A stretch of DNA of 64,000 bases from Mizuhopecten yessoensis (Eukaryota): positions 415,446 through 479,445 of the forward strand of contig NW_018405529.1 in NCBI RefSeq assembly GCF_002113885.1, written 5' to 3'. The notes under the pieces were generated by a model. The model was not told the DNA's origin. It was given only the letters and a program-made list of their open reading frames with translations, and did not search any database. Positions 1-13,200 of this stretch are shown piece by piece (position 1 is the stretch's first letter; every line of letters begins with the position of its first letter). The translations under genes and the position numbers were made by a program.

Positions 1-190
1 TATTCCGTCTTTGCGTATTGCAGAGTTATCTTCTCTTGAGAGCAAGTATTGATTGTTACGTCATTTGTTTTTGAGAGTAACCTCATCAATTTTTGAGAAA
101 ACAACGTAATTTTCTCACACAAACCAATGACGTAACAATCAATATCTGCTCTCAAGAGAAGATAACTCTGCAATACGCAAAGACGGAATA
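1..190. mobile_element. Palindromic MITE-like element (fold-back), possibly cut by the window edge
   Basis: tattccgtctttgcgtattgcagagttatcttctcttgagagca at 1 is the reverse complement of tgctctcaagagaagataactctgcaatacgcaaagacggaata ending at 189. The arms continue inward with mismatches. Confidence 0.75.
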
Positions 191-389
191 GCACCACGCT
201 GTGAATGATGATACACTTCACCACTATCTCTATCGCCGACTAAAGACACAGTATCAATTTCGTCATCATGTGGTTCTTGCTATTTTAAGACACCTCCTTC
301 TTTGGCGGAAACCTATTCTTTGTTCCATCCTTGATTTGGTTTGTTTTTTCTTCACTTTTTATTAACAGTTATTGTTCATTTAGAGAAGG

Positions 390-541
390 GCTAGGTTTTG
401 GTGGTGGAGGAAAGCCAGAGTATCTGGAGGAAAAGCCTGGTACGCGACTACTTCCCCGCGTAGGCCTCAAAACCGAGACCCAGTGGTAGGGGGATACCGT
501 AGTATCGTATAGACGGTCAGACACTTGGCCACCGCGGCCCC
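390..541 (-). mobile_element. Degenerate tRNA-derived SINE with a V-domain-like core
   Basis: The minus strand starts gggccgcggtggccaagtg (A-box-like) and contains ttttcctccagatactctggctttcctccacc, resembling the V-SINE motif ggttttctccgggtactccggtttcctcc. Confidence 0.5.
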
Positions 542-1167
542 ATGTTCCATTAGTTCCTCTCCACCGTCGTTCATACTTGCAGACATGCATCACACTCCCG
601 ATGTTCAAGTTCATACTCCTTAGATATATTTAAGTACATGATAGCATCAGAACGAACCGGTTTGAGCTATAGCGGTTATGGAGCTACACAATTTAGTTTT
701 ATACAGTAAAGTTGTAACAAAAAAAGAAATATAAAAAATGATCAAATCACAACAAAGTTTAATTACCTTCAACCTAATACAGAAGGTTATTTTACATACC
801 ACGTTCCAAAGCAAAACGTTTTAGGTATTAAATAATCGTTAAATAAATGCACCCAACAAAAAATAACGCAAATAAATATCTTAAAATGTACAAACAAGTA
901 TTCGTACAAATGATCTCTTTTCTCAGGGCTTATGTTTGCTAACAAATTAATGCAATACAATTGATTCAACAATACATATGTAACAAATTAATAAATAATC
1001 TTGTTTTGTGAATAATTGCCATTGTGGATGCATTCCATTTGTAAAAGTAATTTGTAAGCAAACAGATAACAAAACATGTAAAGCAGTTCTATATAATAAT
1101 TCTATTGTTAAATAGTATTTAGTTTATTTTCTGTCATCAAACCTTACCTGTTTAACATATTTCATTA

Positions 1168-1360
1168 CAAAATCTTTTGATGAAAAGAAGGAAGTGCATG
1201 CCATATACACAGATTTCACTAAAGCTTTTGACAGAGTTAATTATCAATTATTAACAAACTGTCTTCATATGGTATTAATGGTAATCTGTTAAAATGGTTC
1301 ACGAGTTACTTGAGTGACAGACTTCAACGTGTAACAGTAAATGGAGTAACTTCCGGTTGG
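1168..1360 (+). pseudogene. CR1/L2-group LINE reverse transcriptase fragment (frameshifted)
   Basis: Manual translation KSFDEKKEVHAIYTDFTKAFDRVNYQLL / KLSSYGINGNLLKWFTSYLSDRLQRVTVNGVTS is the DFxKAFDxV and WFxSYLxxRxQxV region of non-LTR RT, with one frameshift. Confidence 0.85.
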
Positions 1361-1399
1361 TTTAATCATGTTTATCAATAACCTTCCATCTTCCATGTT

Positions 1400-2255
1400 A
1401 ATTTCAAAGTATTTTATTGACAATACATATATAATACAAACATATAAGTTAACATTAAAGGAGATATTTGAACAGTATTGACAAAAGAATAAGACAACAG
1501 GCTTTGCCTATATCAGTCTTCTTCTAATTCCGGTAGATATGTACAATGCTTAAATATATAAAATGTTGTGATTCGTTTCCTCTCACACTCATGCACACCC
1601 ACACCCACACCAGCTTATGTCTAATACTCGTTATTTAAGGGATAAAACTTGCCTGAATAACAATAATTATAACAATACATGAATATTCATTTGGAAATTT
1701 ATCTAGCACGTATAAGTAACGAAACGTTTTGATGATTTAATATAAGAGTCAACATGTATAAGAATAGTTTTATTTAATTGGTTGGATGCATTACTAATAC
1801 CATATACTAAACAGTGCAGATTTAAATATCCTACTAGATTATAAATAGTGGTAATATGATGCCTAATATTAGAATACAGAGGACATTGAAAGAAAAAATG
1901 TATTAGATCTTCCCTCTGTACACCACATACACAGGAAGCATCATCAATCAGATGGTCTTGTAACTTATCACAGTTAAGATCACTTTTAAAATTTCTTAGC
2001 TGACATAAAATTATGTTAAGTTTCCTCGGAACACAGTTAATAAAAGTTTCTGAGACGGATGTATCAAAGGTTTTTTTAAGTTTCTTTTTAAAAGATGAAA
2101 TTGAGATGGAGTCTCGTACAGTGCTATCAAGTGCATTCCATTTTACCATTGTAGAAGGGAAGAAGCTATTCATATAAGTAGTAGTTCTTGTCTGTGGTAT
2201 ATTAAAGAATCTGTTATTTCTGAAGGTATAGTTATTATCTTCCATGTCAGTGAAT
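1400..2255 (-). mobile_element. 5'-truncated non-LTR retrotransposon (CR1/L2-group), ORF2 C-terminus plus 3' UTR
   Basis: ORF 1703-2245 has NSFFPSTMVKWNAL...SFKKKLK and the CxCG...EDLIHFFFQCPLY zinc-knuckle-like tail typical of LINE ORF2 ends. An AATAAA lies near 1415 on the minus strand. Confidence 0.85.
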
Positions 2256-2438
2256 CTGAAGAAATGTTGTCAACTTTTTTTTACAAATAAGTAAAACTCC
2301 ATAGATGTTTTAAAAGTACAAAATGGGATGTGAAACATTGAAGAGTGAAAGTTGTGTGAAAAAACCTTGGAATATGGATGTCATCTACCTTTAATTTAAA
2401 TCTTCACGTTAAAAAAGCTGTATCCAAGGCAATGCAAA

Positions 2439-4011
2439 TGTTACACCGGATCTGGGTGCCAGCTGGACGACCCTAAAAACAAGGAGAGAACAATGACGAT
2501 GGTTTCACTCGGTGTTTTAATGTTGAGGACAGGGGCACATGACATTGATACACAATGACATAGCTATTGACAAGTAAACTAAAAATGGCAAGTGACAAGC
2601 TGAATACCCTATACATTATATACGTATCAACACTGTCATCTTAATCTACTGACAACTGGCAAATATTAAGTGACTTGAAATGTTGAATTGACAGAACATT
2701 ACATGTATATATCAACTATAAACAAAACTTCGCAATTTGTTAAGTTCAACAATCGACTAGATTAGTAACTGGCAATCCACACCTGAATAGCCGACTGGCA
2801 ATTAGGCTGGCAATTATCAACAACAGCTCACTGTATGACCTTGGCAATTTATATTACTCCAAAATTGGCAACTAGCCCAAAATATAGAATTCTTACAATA
2901 TATAACTTATGACAGGTGCGCGAAATGGAACTAAACAACATATTTCTTGTACGTTGGGGTAAAAATGAACTATTGAACAGAACATAGCATTTCGTAGTGG
3001 AGCGAGTAGTATTAAACAGAAATTACTATTATTTAGACCGATTCGACAAAGAATTATCCATATTTCAACAAATGTTAACATGACATTATATAAATCAACT
3101 GATAATTCTTCCAAGATACATCTCCACATTCCAATATCCTGTTATTTTATCTAATCGAAATACCTTATAAACAAGAATAGCCAAAAGAAATAATTATCTT
3201 GATCACAAATTATTATAGTATTGACTAATAATTTTAAAGTTAGTTTGAACTTATTATTTCTAATTAATATCAAAATATATCTTGACAAATACATTAATAA
3301 ATACAAAGGATTCCTTCCAGTGCTTTGATTTTCCTAATAATTGACACAGTCAGGACTATCTATTTCTGTTTCAGACCTCCTATTCTGATACACGTGTTGC
3401 CAATGTAAACACATGGGCGCAGCCATATTGTGACGTCACACCGCGGCCTACTTCAAAGGGCCGAACATTTCCCATTGAGGATTTATAATAAAATGGTAAA
3501 GAAAATACTTTTACAGGAACATTCCTCATATGGGATGTAATAACAAGTTAAATACATGAAATAAAACAAGACTTCCAATCACGACATGACATCTCAGTTG
3601 CTATTTTGACAAATTACGAAAACTGAAACATACCGCGAACATGCCGTTTTCAGAAACCGACCAATTCCCCACTTCAATCGACAAAATACCACTTTTGAGA
3701 CCAAATTTGCAGTTGACACTCTACAATATGCTACATCATATATCTATGCATTAGAATATCAAAAAATTATCCTTTGTCAGTCAATATTTATACTAAACTT
3801 ACCTAAAAACAAGGAGAGAACAACGATGATGGTTTCACTCGGTGTTTTAATGTTGAGAACAGGGGACGATCCGGAACACGGTACGGATATTCCGGAATCA
3901 ATCGGAGTTACCTCCCTTACCCCATCAGTCACCGAAACATTACGGCATAATACTGAGTAAAAATGTGGGGTCCCTGATCTTGCATAAATCACTAAATATC
4001 AACCCGTCACA
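2439..4011. repeat. Copy 1 of a duplicated unit carrying ~65-bp internal direct repeats (right end uncertain)
   Basis: 2439-~3824 is nearly identical to 6985-8371. The motif cctaaaaacaaggagagaacaa...gttgag(g/a)acagggg occurs at ~2472-2536 and again at ~3802-3866. Putative ends are tgttac and gtcaca. Confidence 0.8.
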
Positions 4012-4349
4012 TCATACGAACTAGTTAATAAAATGTGTATCATAATAATTCATTACCGAATATGTATTATTTAATGATCGGTAGCTCCACACTCCTATTT
4101 AATTCTGTACCATCCGATCAAATCCGTCAATTGGAAGGATACCGCCTGATCCGTTTCATTGACCCCTGAGTTCGTGAAAATGCGTAGGATGTTATGTAGA
4201 ATGGTTCTACACTAACCCTAGCCCTAACGTCAGGTCTATTGTATAGAGAGGTCGCCAGCTCTATCGTGTAATCGGCATACGATGTTATGTAGAACGGTTC
4301 TACACTAACCCTAACGTCTTTTTGGCAAAGGGTTATATAACAAACTATC

Positions 4350-4550
4350 TTGGTGCTGTACCGGCAGGGAATGACCCACTTCTTTATGCATGTTTATAAA
4401 TTCTATATATTATCCATATGCGGTGATATTCACTCGAACCCCGGTCAACACAACTCCAACATCCACCTAGATTTTATTTCTATTTGTCATATTAATATTT
4501 GTTCGTTAAGGAACAAAACTCATAATATTGATGCTGAGTTCTCAGGATAC
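4350..4550 (+). pseudogene. N-terminal fragment of LINE ORF2 (2A-like motif plus start of APE endonuclease)
   Basis: Translation ILSICGDIHSNPGQ...ISICHINICSLRNK contains a GD(I/V)xxNPG motif followed by the N(I/V)xSLxNK first motif of the APE endonuclease. Confidence 0.75.
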
Positions 4551-4599
4551 GTTCCTTTACCAATATTTCAGTTATATAATGCCAGTTTTTTCCTTGGAA

Positions 4600-6042
4600 C
4601 GGAGGAGCGGGGTCCAATAGGGGAATCATAGCACATTCTTTAAATCCTTCTTTTCCTGAAGGAATAACAGGATTATGTTTAATTGCATATAAATATAACC
4701 ACTGACTTACCATGTAATACATGTACACTACCAGCAACATACATCTGGCTTCTATAAGTTCAATTTTACCAACATTTAAACGTGAGTGATTCAGGCCTTC
4801 TGGTCCGTCATCTTTTCCTTTAAAACGCTACTAGTCCTGAACGCCCAAGTAGATTTTGACTAAATTTGGTCTAGAGTATCCTTAGGCCAAGGGGACTCAA
4901 TTTTGTATAAAAGGTGGGTGTGGCCCCCCTGGGGGCAGAGGGGCGGGGCCCAATAGGGGAAATAGAGGTAAAACCTTGAAAATCCTTCTTCTACCGTAGG
5001 GATTAAAGGATTTTATCCTAATTTAGTCTGGGGCATCCTTGGGCCAAGGGGACTCAATTTTGTATACATGGTGGGTGTGGCCCCCCTGGGGGCTGGGGGG
5101 GCGGGCCAAATAGGGGAAATATAGCAAATTCTTTAAAATCCTTCTTCTTCTGTAGGAATGCAAGGGTTTGTTCCATATTTGGTCTGAAGCATCCTTTGGT
5201 GAAGGGGAACCAATTTTGCATAAACCATGGGTCTGGCCCGCCAGGGGCCTGAGAGGTTGGTCCCAATAGGGAAAACATAGCGAATTATTCTTTAAAATCC
5301 TTCTGCTTCTGTCGGAATGAAAGGATTTGTTCCATATTTAGTGTGGAGCATCCTTGGGTAAAGGGGAACCAAATTTGTATAAATGGTGGGTCTGGCCCCT
5401 CTGGGGGCTGAGGGGCGGGGCCCAATAGGGGAAATATAGCAAATTCTTTAATATCCGTCTTCTTCTGTAGGAATGAAAGGATTTGTTCCATATTTGGTCT
5501 GAAGCATCCTTGGGTGAAGGGGAACCAATTTTGTATAAACGGTGGGTATGGCCCCCCTTGGACCTGAGGGACGGGGCCCAATAGGGGAAATAGAAGTAAA
5601 ACCTTTATAATCCTTCTTCTACCATATGGATTTAGGGATTTTATCCTAATTTAGTCTGGAGCATCTTTGGGCCAAGGGGACTTAATTTTGTATATGCAGT
5701 GGGTGCTGTCTCCCAGGGGGCAGAAGGGCGGGGGCCAATAGGAGAAATAGAGGTAAAACCTTTTAAATCCTTCTTCGACCATCGAGATTAAGGGATTTTT
5801 CCATATTTAGTCTGGAACATCCTTAGACCAAGGGGTCTCAATTTGGTATAATTGGTGGGTATGACCCCCCTAGGGGCATAGGGGTGGGGCTCTGTTTGAA
5901 GTTTGTTCTCGCTATATCTAAAGTACTGGATGGATCTTTCTGAAATTTCATATGTACTTACAGCACTTACCATGGAGTACTATATCTTTACTTCATACCA
6001 ATTATTTTAAACATATTCAGGTGAGCGATACAGGCCCTCTTG
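4600..6042 (-). mobile_element. Satellite-bearing non-autonomous Helentron/HINE (pearl-like) element with ~157-bp repeat units
   Basis: Tandem diverged units (cccaatagggg at ~4950, 5107, 5262, 5421, 5577, 5735). The terminus caggtgagcgatacaggccctcttgtt is the reverse of the aacaagagg...ctcacctg head seen in other copies in this window. Confidence 0.7.
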
Positions 6043-6984
6043 TTAACAATACCCACAATCATAAAATGACAATCAAATGTGGTTATAAGAAATGTTATCC
6101 GAAACCCTATAAGTCTGCAAATAATAATTAACTTGATTTTGTCTTAAAGTACGCTATAGATCATGTTATGCCCATTTGCTTGCTTACAAATTAATAGGTA
6201 ACGCCACATACCTTTGAAAATTGAATTTAATTCCCATCACATATAATCGATAACATTCCCTGTGTTTATATTCCAAATAGTGTACATACCATTAGATGGC
6301 ATGACTGGTATAACCATACATCTCATATATATTTATCTACGGCGAGCAATAATGAGTGAAATGCCTGCTCTCTGCTATACAAATATAATTTACTTCCTAC
6401 ATATCTATAAGGACAGTGGTTCATTGTTTAATATGGTACACGTTGGTATTTGGTCCTTGAGACCTTTTACTTCTCTAAATACTCGAATGTCCAAAGGATA
6501 TATTAACAGACTTTACTGTATAAAAGTAAGCAAACATGGATGTGCCATAGGTGTACCGTTGAACTCGTATCAGTGTCGATAGGTTCAGGTGTCACTAGGG
6601 GTTCACCTGTGTCTCTTTACAATAAAAGTGATATTTGATACAAGTAGTATTTTGTACATAAACTGCTTGATATCTGCTAAAAGTATTATTTCGTGTGTTA
6701 AGGGTATGCCATCAAAGTAAATGATGTATTAACTTGGTACCAGTTATGATCTATTTACTAAAAAAAATGTCGTATTTTATTGTGTGTAAGTAACTGAATT
6801 ACGTATGTAAGTATGTATGTATGTATGTATGTATTCACAACCCTATATTTACACGTAGGGTTTGTAAATAAATTTGTATGGCTGTCTATTCAAACCTGAA
6901 GAACGATAGTATATTATCAATACCTATTATAAAGTATTCCTAATAATATTATTGTACTATTAATTTCTGGTGTCATATTGTCAT

Positions 6985-8371
6985 TGTTACACCGGATCTG
7001 GGTGCCAGCTGGACGACCCTAAAAACAAGGAGAGAACAACGATGATGGTTTCACTCGGTGTTTTAATGTTGAGAACAGGGGCACATGATATTGATACACA
7101 ATGACATAGCTATTGACAAGTAAACTAAAAATGGCAAGTGACAAGCTGAATACCCTATACATTATATATGTATCAACACTGTCATCTTAATCTACTGACA
7201 ACTGGCAAATATTAAGTGACTTGAAATGTTGAATTGACAGAACATTACATGTATATATCAACTATAAACAAAACTTCGCAATTTGTTAAGTTCAACAATC
7301 GACTAGATTAGTAACTGGCAATCCACACCTGAATAGCCGACTGGCAATTAGGCTGGCAATTATCAACAACAGCTCACTGTATGACCTTGGCAATTTATAT
7401 TACTCCAAAATTGGCAACTAGCCCAAAATATAGAATTCTTACAATATATAACTTATGACAGGTGCGCGAAATGGAACTAAACAACATATTTCTTGTACGT
7501 TGGGGTAAAAATGAACTATTGAACAGAACATAGCATTTCGTAGTGGAGCGAGTAGTATTAAACAGAAATTACTATTATTTAGACCGATTCGACAAAGAAT
7601 TATCCATATTTCAACAAATGTTAACATGACATTATATAAATCAACTGATAATTCTTCCAAGATACATCTCCACATTCCAATATCCTGTTATTTTATCTAA
7701 TCGAAATACCTTATAAACAAGAATAGCCAAAAGAAATAATTATCTTGATCACAAATTATTATAGTATTGACTAATAATTTTAAAGTTAGTTTGAACTTAT
7801 TATTTCTAATTAATATCAAAATATATCTTGACAAATACATTAATAAATACAAAGGATTCCTTCCAGTGCTTTGATTTTCCTAATAATTGACACAGTCAGG
7901 ACTATCTATTTCTGTTTCAGACCTCCTATTCTGATACACGTGTTGCCAATGTAAACACATGGGCGCAGCCATATTGTGACGTCACACCGCGGCCTACTTC
8001 AAAGGGCCGAACATTTCCCATTGAGGATTTATAATAAAATGGTAAAGAAAATACTTTTACAGGAACATTCCTCATATGGGATGTAATAACAAGTTAAATA
8101 CATGAAATAAAACAAGACTTCCAATCACGACATGACATCTCAGTTGCTATTTTGACAAATTACGAAAACTGAAACATACCGCGAACATGCCGTTTTCAGA
8201 AACCGACCAATTCCCCACTTCAATCGACAAAATACCACTTTTGAGACCAAATTTGCAGTTGACACTCTACAATATGCTACATCATATATCTATGCATTAG
8301 AATATCAAAAAATTATCCTTTGTCAGTCAATATTTATACTAAACTTACCTAAAAACAAGGAGAGAACAACG
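6985..8371. repeat. Copy 2 of the 1.39-kb duplicated unit, ending at an assembly N
   Basis: Near-identical to 2439-3824 with about 5 substitutions, all near the left end. The ORF track shows the same 78-aa ORF at 2893 and 7439. It stops at the N at 8372. Confidence 0.9.
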
Positions 8372-10201
8372 NGTTATTGTCACTATTTATTTGGATACTG
8401 GTCAAAATACACAATACACTGACAATGACCGTTCAATCCTAATATAGTTATTGTCATACCTCCTTGCAACTTGATTGAAATGAAGGACTTGACATTGACA
8501 CTAGCCACTCAAACCTGATATGGTTATGTGTTTTTTAAGATTAGCGAGGACTTTGTGAAGGTCTCTTTCCTGTTGTTTTTATTCTACTTTTATCACATAC
8601 ATACAAATATATTATTAATTTGATATAAACGATCAATTCGTTAACCAAGGGTCACTACAAAATAAACAATATCTATATAATTATGTAAATACGCTGATTA
8701 CAGGTCTGACACAACATGCCAGGAGTTTAGCTCCTACTGCACACCAGGGTTCAAACGTTGGTAACGATCAAGACCTCCCCATATTGTGAGACAAATTTGA
8801 AAGGTATTATTGGTATAACTGTGTTAAACCCATCATGTAAATACAATTTGAAAAGTAAGGTTATCAACTTTAATTTGGAATTACACAGATGTGATTTTGG
8901 AATTCTCTTGAATCACAGTTGAAAGAATATTTTGTGTTAACACCTATTGAGCATTTTCACGGCATATGCCCGACATGCCTTGAGCGAAATATTCTTGGTT
9001 GAATGTAAAGCTCAATAGAACCTTATAAGTAATGTTCTGAGTGAGGTACTTACTTATGATATCACAATATCAAATAAAATCGTCAGTTGGTTTGTTATTT
9101 TCACAGAAAATTTTGCATTCTAATAGGCAAGCTTAAAGTAAATGATAAATGTTATACAAGTCATACATCAACTATATTTTCCTCGTGAAACCTTATATTT
9201 CACTGATGAAATGAAAATATCTCATCGTTATTGATAAATTAAGTGTCAATAAAATACTGTAAAATAACTGTAGAATAAGTTAAAGCTAAACATAAGTTAA
9301 TATTTTCAATAATATGCTGATTTCATTAAAGAAACTTGTATTAGTAAAATATATAACTATAAATCTAGAATGATTTCTCTATATACATGTACATTATTAT
9401 ATATATACCATTATCTCAGTAACCTGTTAAAGGCACTTTTGAATTTAATTTAATTAATGTAATGTTCATAAACATGATACAGTATGTCACAATTAGATAT
9501 ATCTCTTGTCCGTTTTATTTTACTCTACTCAATTGATTGAAAACTGTCATTATTTATTTTTTGATCATTAAACATCAACTTCATACTCTAGTCCAATCAC
9601 AGTTACCTTTTATACAATCATTCAGACCTGATTATTGAGTTAAAACAAGGGCACAATATATTTCTTACCTATTACTTCAACATAATTACACCCTTACATA
9701 CATGTATGTAAAAACTTATAAATAAACTATATTTAGATATAAATAAAGATTTTCATTGCCAGAATTTGTAGATAATAAACAAAAAAACAGTATATAATAA
9801 ATAACAGAGAAAAATCAACTTAAATAAAAAAGCAACCACAAATGAATTTTTCACAAATACTTAAAAAGAAAACTTGACATCATCCAAGGTTCAGAATAAA
9901 ACAATCTGTTCATTGGAAACTCTCTTATAACTAAATGAAAACGATCTTTTTCTTAACATCATACATTTAATGTAAATGTGTCCTGGTTTAATGAAGCTCA
10001 TCCTATCAAAAATGTTGTTAAACACATAGTTAACTAACACAGCTTTGACAAAATTATTTTTTAAAAACTTTGTCAAACATATTACCTTGAAATCTGAACA
10101 CACTTACAAAGCTGACCATGAACTACATATAGTTCATCTCAGAATCTTTTTCTTGTTTTTCTTAAATTCTAAATGAATGAATGATTTTTTTTCTTTGATC
10201 A

Positions 10202-13200
10202 CTACTTCTTTGCTTCTTTGTTATCCTCGGGACCTTTGAAGAAGTTGTACAACAGCCCACTAACAGCTACGGTACTTGCAGCTGCCACAGTCCATGCTAA
10301 GGCTGTATCAGCCTAAAATATAAAATAGATCAGTTAAATAAGATACTAAATTTGTACACTCTATTTGAAGCAGGCATTGTCAAGATCAATACAAAGATTA
10401 AGAGTCGGAGGTGGAGATGAGATTATGGGAGAAAGACAGAGTGATGATTCACAAAATATCCACACTGTATACCACTAAACAAAAACATGTATATACCGGA
10501 CACTATACACAAATATATGCATATATAGATTCTCCAAAACAAAAACATGTACAAACACAAGAAACATTCGTGTACGGTCCAATTAAGTTGTGATGACAGT
10601 CATATTACAGATCAATTTTCTAATCAGCGATCACTACCGATACCATTACGAACAGAACAGAGACTTTGATCTGAGCACACGTATACCTTGAAGACGGATT
10701 GGTGAGAAAAACAGGTCTAGTAGGCTACACAATAGTTTTTTGCCAACCCAAAACCAATTTCCTCAACATTTTCACAGAAATAGAATACATATGTCCGTGC
10801 CTGTTCGTATCCAAAGTCTTAATCACTAAAAAAGTTCTCCCTCCCTGTTTTGGTATCTCAGAGACGTATATACTAAAATCCCTAGGTACCAGAGAGTCCA
10901 AGACCATTCTGACCAGGTTTACACAGAATACAGTAAATTTAATAGTGTGTTACATGTATAGTAGTACTGATTATATGCAAAATACATCCTGATCAGAAAT
11001 TAAATACTTGTGTGACAAATTACCTTATTTCATATGAGCATTACATTTTTTTTCTTTTTGTAATTACATTTGTATTAATCAACCAATAAAACAACACATT
11101 TGTGTGATCAAAAGCACACAATAAGTCAGTACATTTGTTAAATTGCATGATTGGGCATAATTTGCATGGACGATGCATGCATGCAATGATGAGTGTGCTA
11201 AATTAAATGCACACAGTATTTTGGTGTGTTATGCTTTCACACAACTGTACATGAATGCTGGATACTACAAAACAAACAAATGTATATAACAGCTACACCC
11301 CTACACATATACGGGTGGTCGGGTGGTGGGGTGGCACGGTAGATATCACACTCGCCTTTCACCAAGGGGGACGTGAAAAGATATGGGTACACCTGCCCAA
11401 CCAAGTGGGTTTTCTCAAGTACTCCGGTTTCCTCCCACTTTAAGACCCCCAGTGCATTGTGTCACCATTTCTCAGTAGAATTTCTTAAAATTTTGTAGTT
11501 ATGTTGCTTTGAAGTAAAGAAAATTTCCTGCCACAAAAATAAGATAGGTTGTCATAATTTTAAGGAATTTAAATGGAAATTTATGAAAAAAGGAGTGACT
11601 TTTGAAAAAGAAAATGACAGTTTGTTGCAAAATAATGTCAATACTAGAATTATGTCAGTGTGACATTAAAGCCGCTCACCTCTTTAAATTTTTAGTAAAG
11701 CTTCAGTAACACATTGAGCATCAATATCTACTATAATACCTCAGATATGTGTTTTTTATTCTGCTTATTGAAAATCAGGTCATGTGATGATGTTGCCTTT
11801 GGAATTTTCAAAATCAATCACCTCTTAAATGATGCCTTAACATTTCTCCCTCTCCTCTTTTTTCACCCTCTTTTGTGACGCATTGTTGTAATTTTTATTA
11901 ACTAGCATCCTCCAATGATGTGACATGAGTATTTACATGCAGAATGGCAATCGGTGAATGGGTAATAAAGAATAGGTGCATTTTGTGCTTGTGAAATGAA
12001 GGATAATTAATTATAACAGTAGTGGGAAAACATGCATGGAGAAAAAAGACTTTGTACTCCTTTTATTTTTATTTATTTTTTATTCATATTAATAATAATT
12101 ATTAATATATGTAGTGACTTCATTTACTGTCATTGAATATACAATTTATCTCAAAATCTCACAAATGTCCTTGGAATATATTTGAATTATATTTCTCAAT
12201 GTGACTTTACCAACGTACGAGTTATTTCCCTTACACCGGATTGGATAATATTTTGACACAGCGCGAATTCTTGTCAAACAGCAGCGGCAGTTGTGTCATG
12301 TTCTTAAATTGTTACATTTTCATAAATAAATACACCAGAAATAGCATGCTGTGTTACAGAAATATTTGATAAGCATACACAGTTCACATATCGTTTCGTC
12401 TCAGAGCCACATCCGTGGTAGCAACAATGGTTTATTACCGTTATCAACCTAAGCACGATATGTCATATTACGTTCCCGTTTGATACATCAAAATAGAGGT
12501 TATACTTCATCACTCATACGGTTAATAAGTATATATATTTACTTCTTCCTTGTAATTACAAAATATAACAAGAGGCCCATGGGCCTTAACGGTCACCTGA
12601 TATATTTATACAGAGAGTTGATTTTGTTTTTAACACGAACAGAAATATTATTCAAAGTGACAAAAAACAATAAAACCACCTTATTCAATATCTAGCATAC
12701 AGATTTAAGACTAAAAGTATTTGAAACTAGCACCTCTGATTCTAAACAAGGAAAATGAAGAAATTTTAGCACATTGACTCCTTTGGGCCCCACCCTACAT
12801 CCCTTGGGGGTAGGGCTGGCTCAAAATGTTCAAAGTATCAAACTGTCAATTCAGGGATATAATTCCAATCAAGTTATTTACATGTAATATTCAAAGTATC
12901 ATTTGCCATTATAAACCATAATAAATTTTGCCCCCCTCCTTCCCCAGGGGGTAAACGTGAGACCCTAGGGTCATAAACCTTAAGACCCTTCCATCTATGA
13001 AGAGTGTTTGATTTTACCATATCTGGGTCTTTGAGAAGAAGATTTTTGAAATTTCAGTCAATTCAACCCTTTTTGGCCCCACCCATCAGCCCGGGGGGGT
13101 CAGTCAGGGCTAATATGTGCATACCATCAAACTGCCATCGAATACTCATAATGCTAACCCAAATTGAATCACTTCCAATGGAAATTAAACAAATGTTGGT

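Noticed and set aside
4212-4315. taaccct motifs as an interstitial telomere
   Set aside because: Only one or two units inside a short duplicated segment, not a (TTAGGG)n tract.
4012-6984. Internal region of an LTR retrotransposon between the two 1.39-kb repeats
   Set aside because: No gag/pol, no convincing PBS or PPT next to the repeats, and no verifiable TSD. The interval contains unrelated LINE and HINE pieces.
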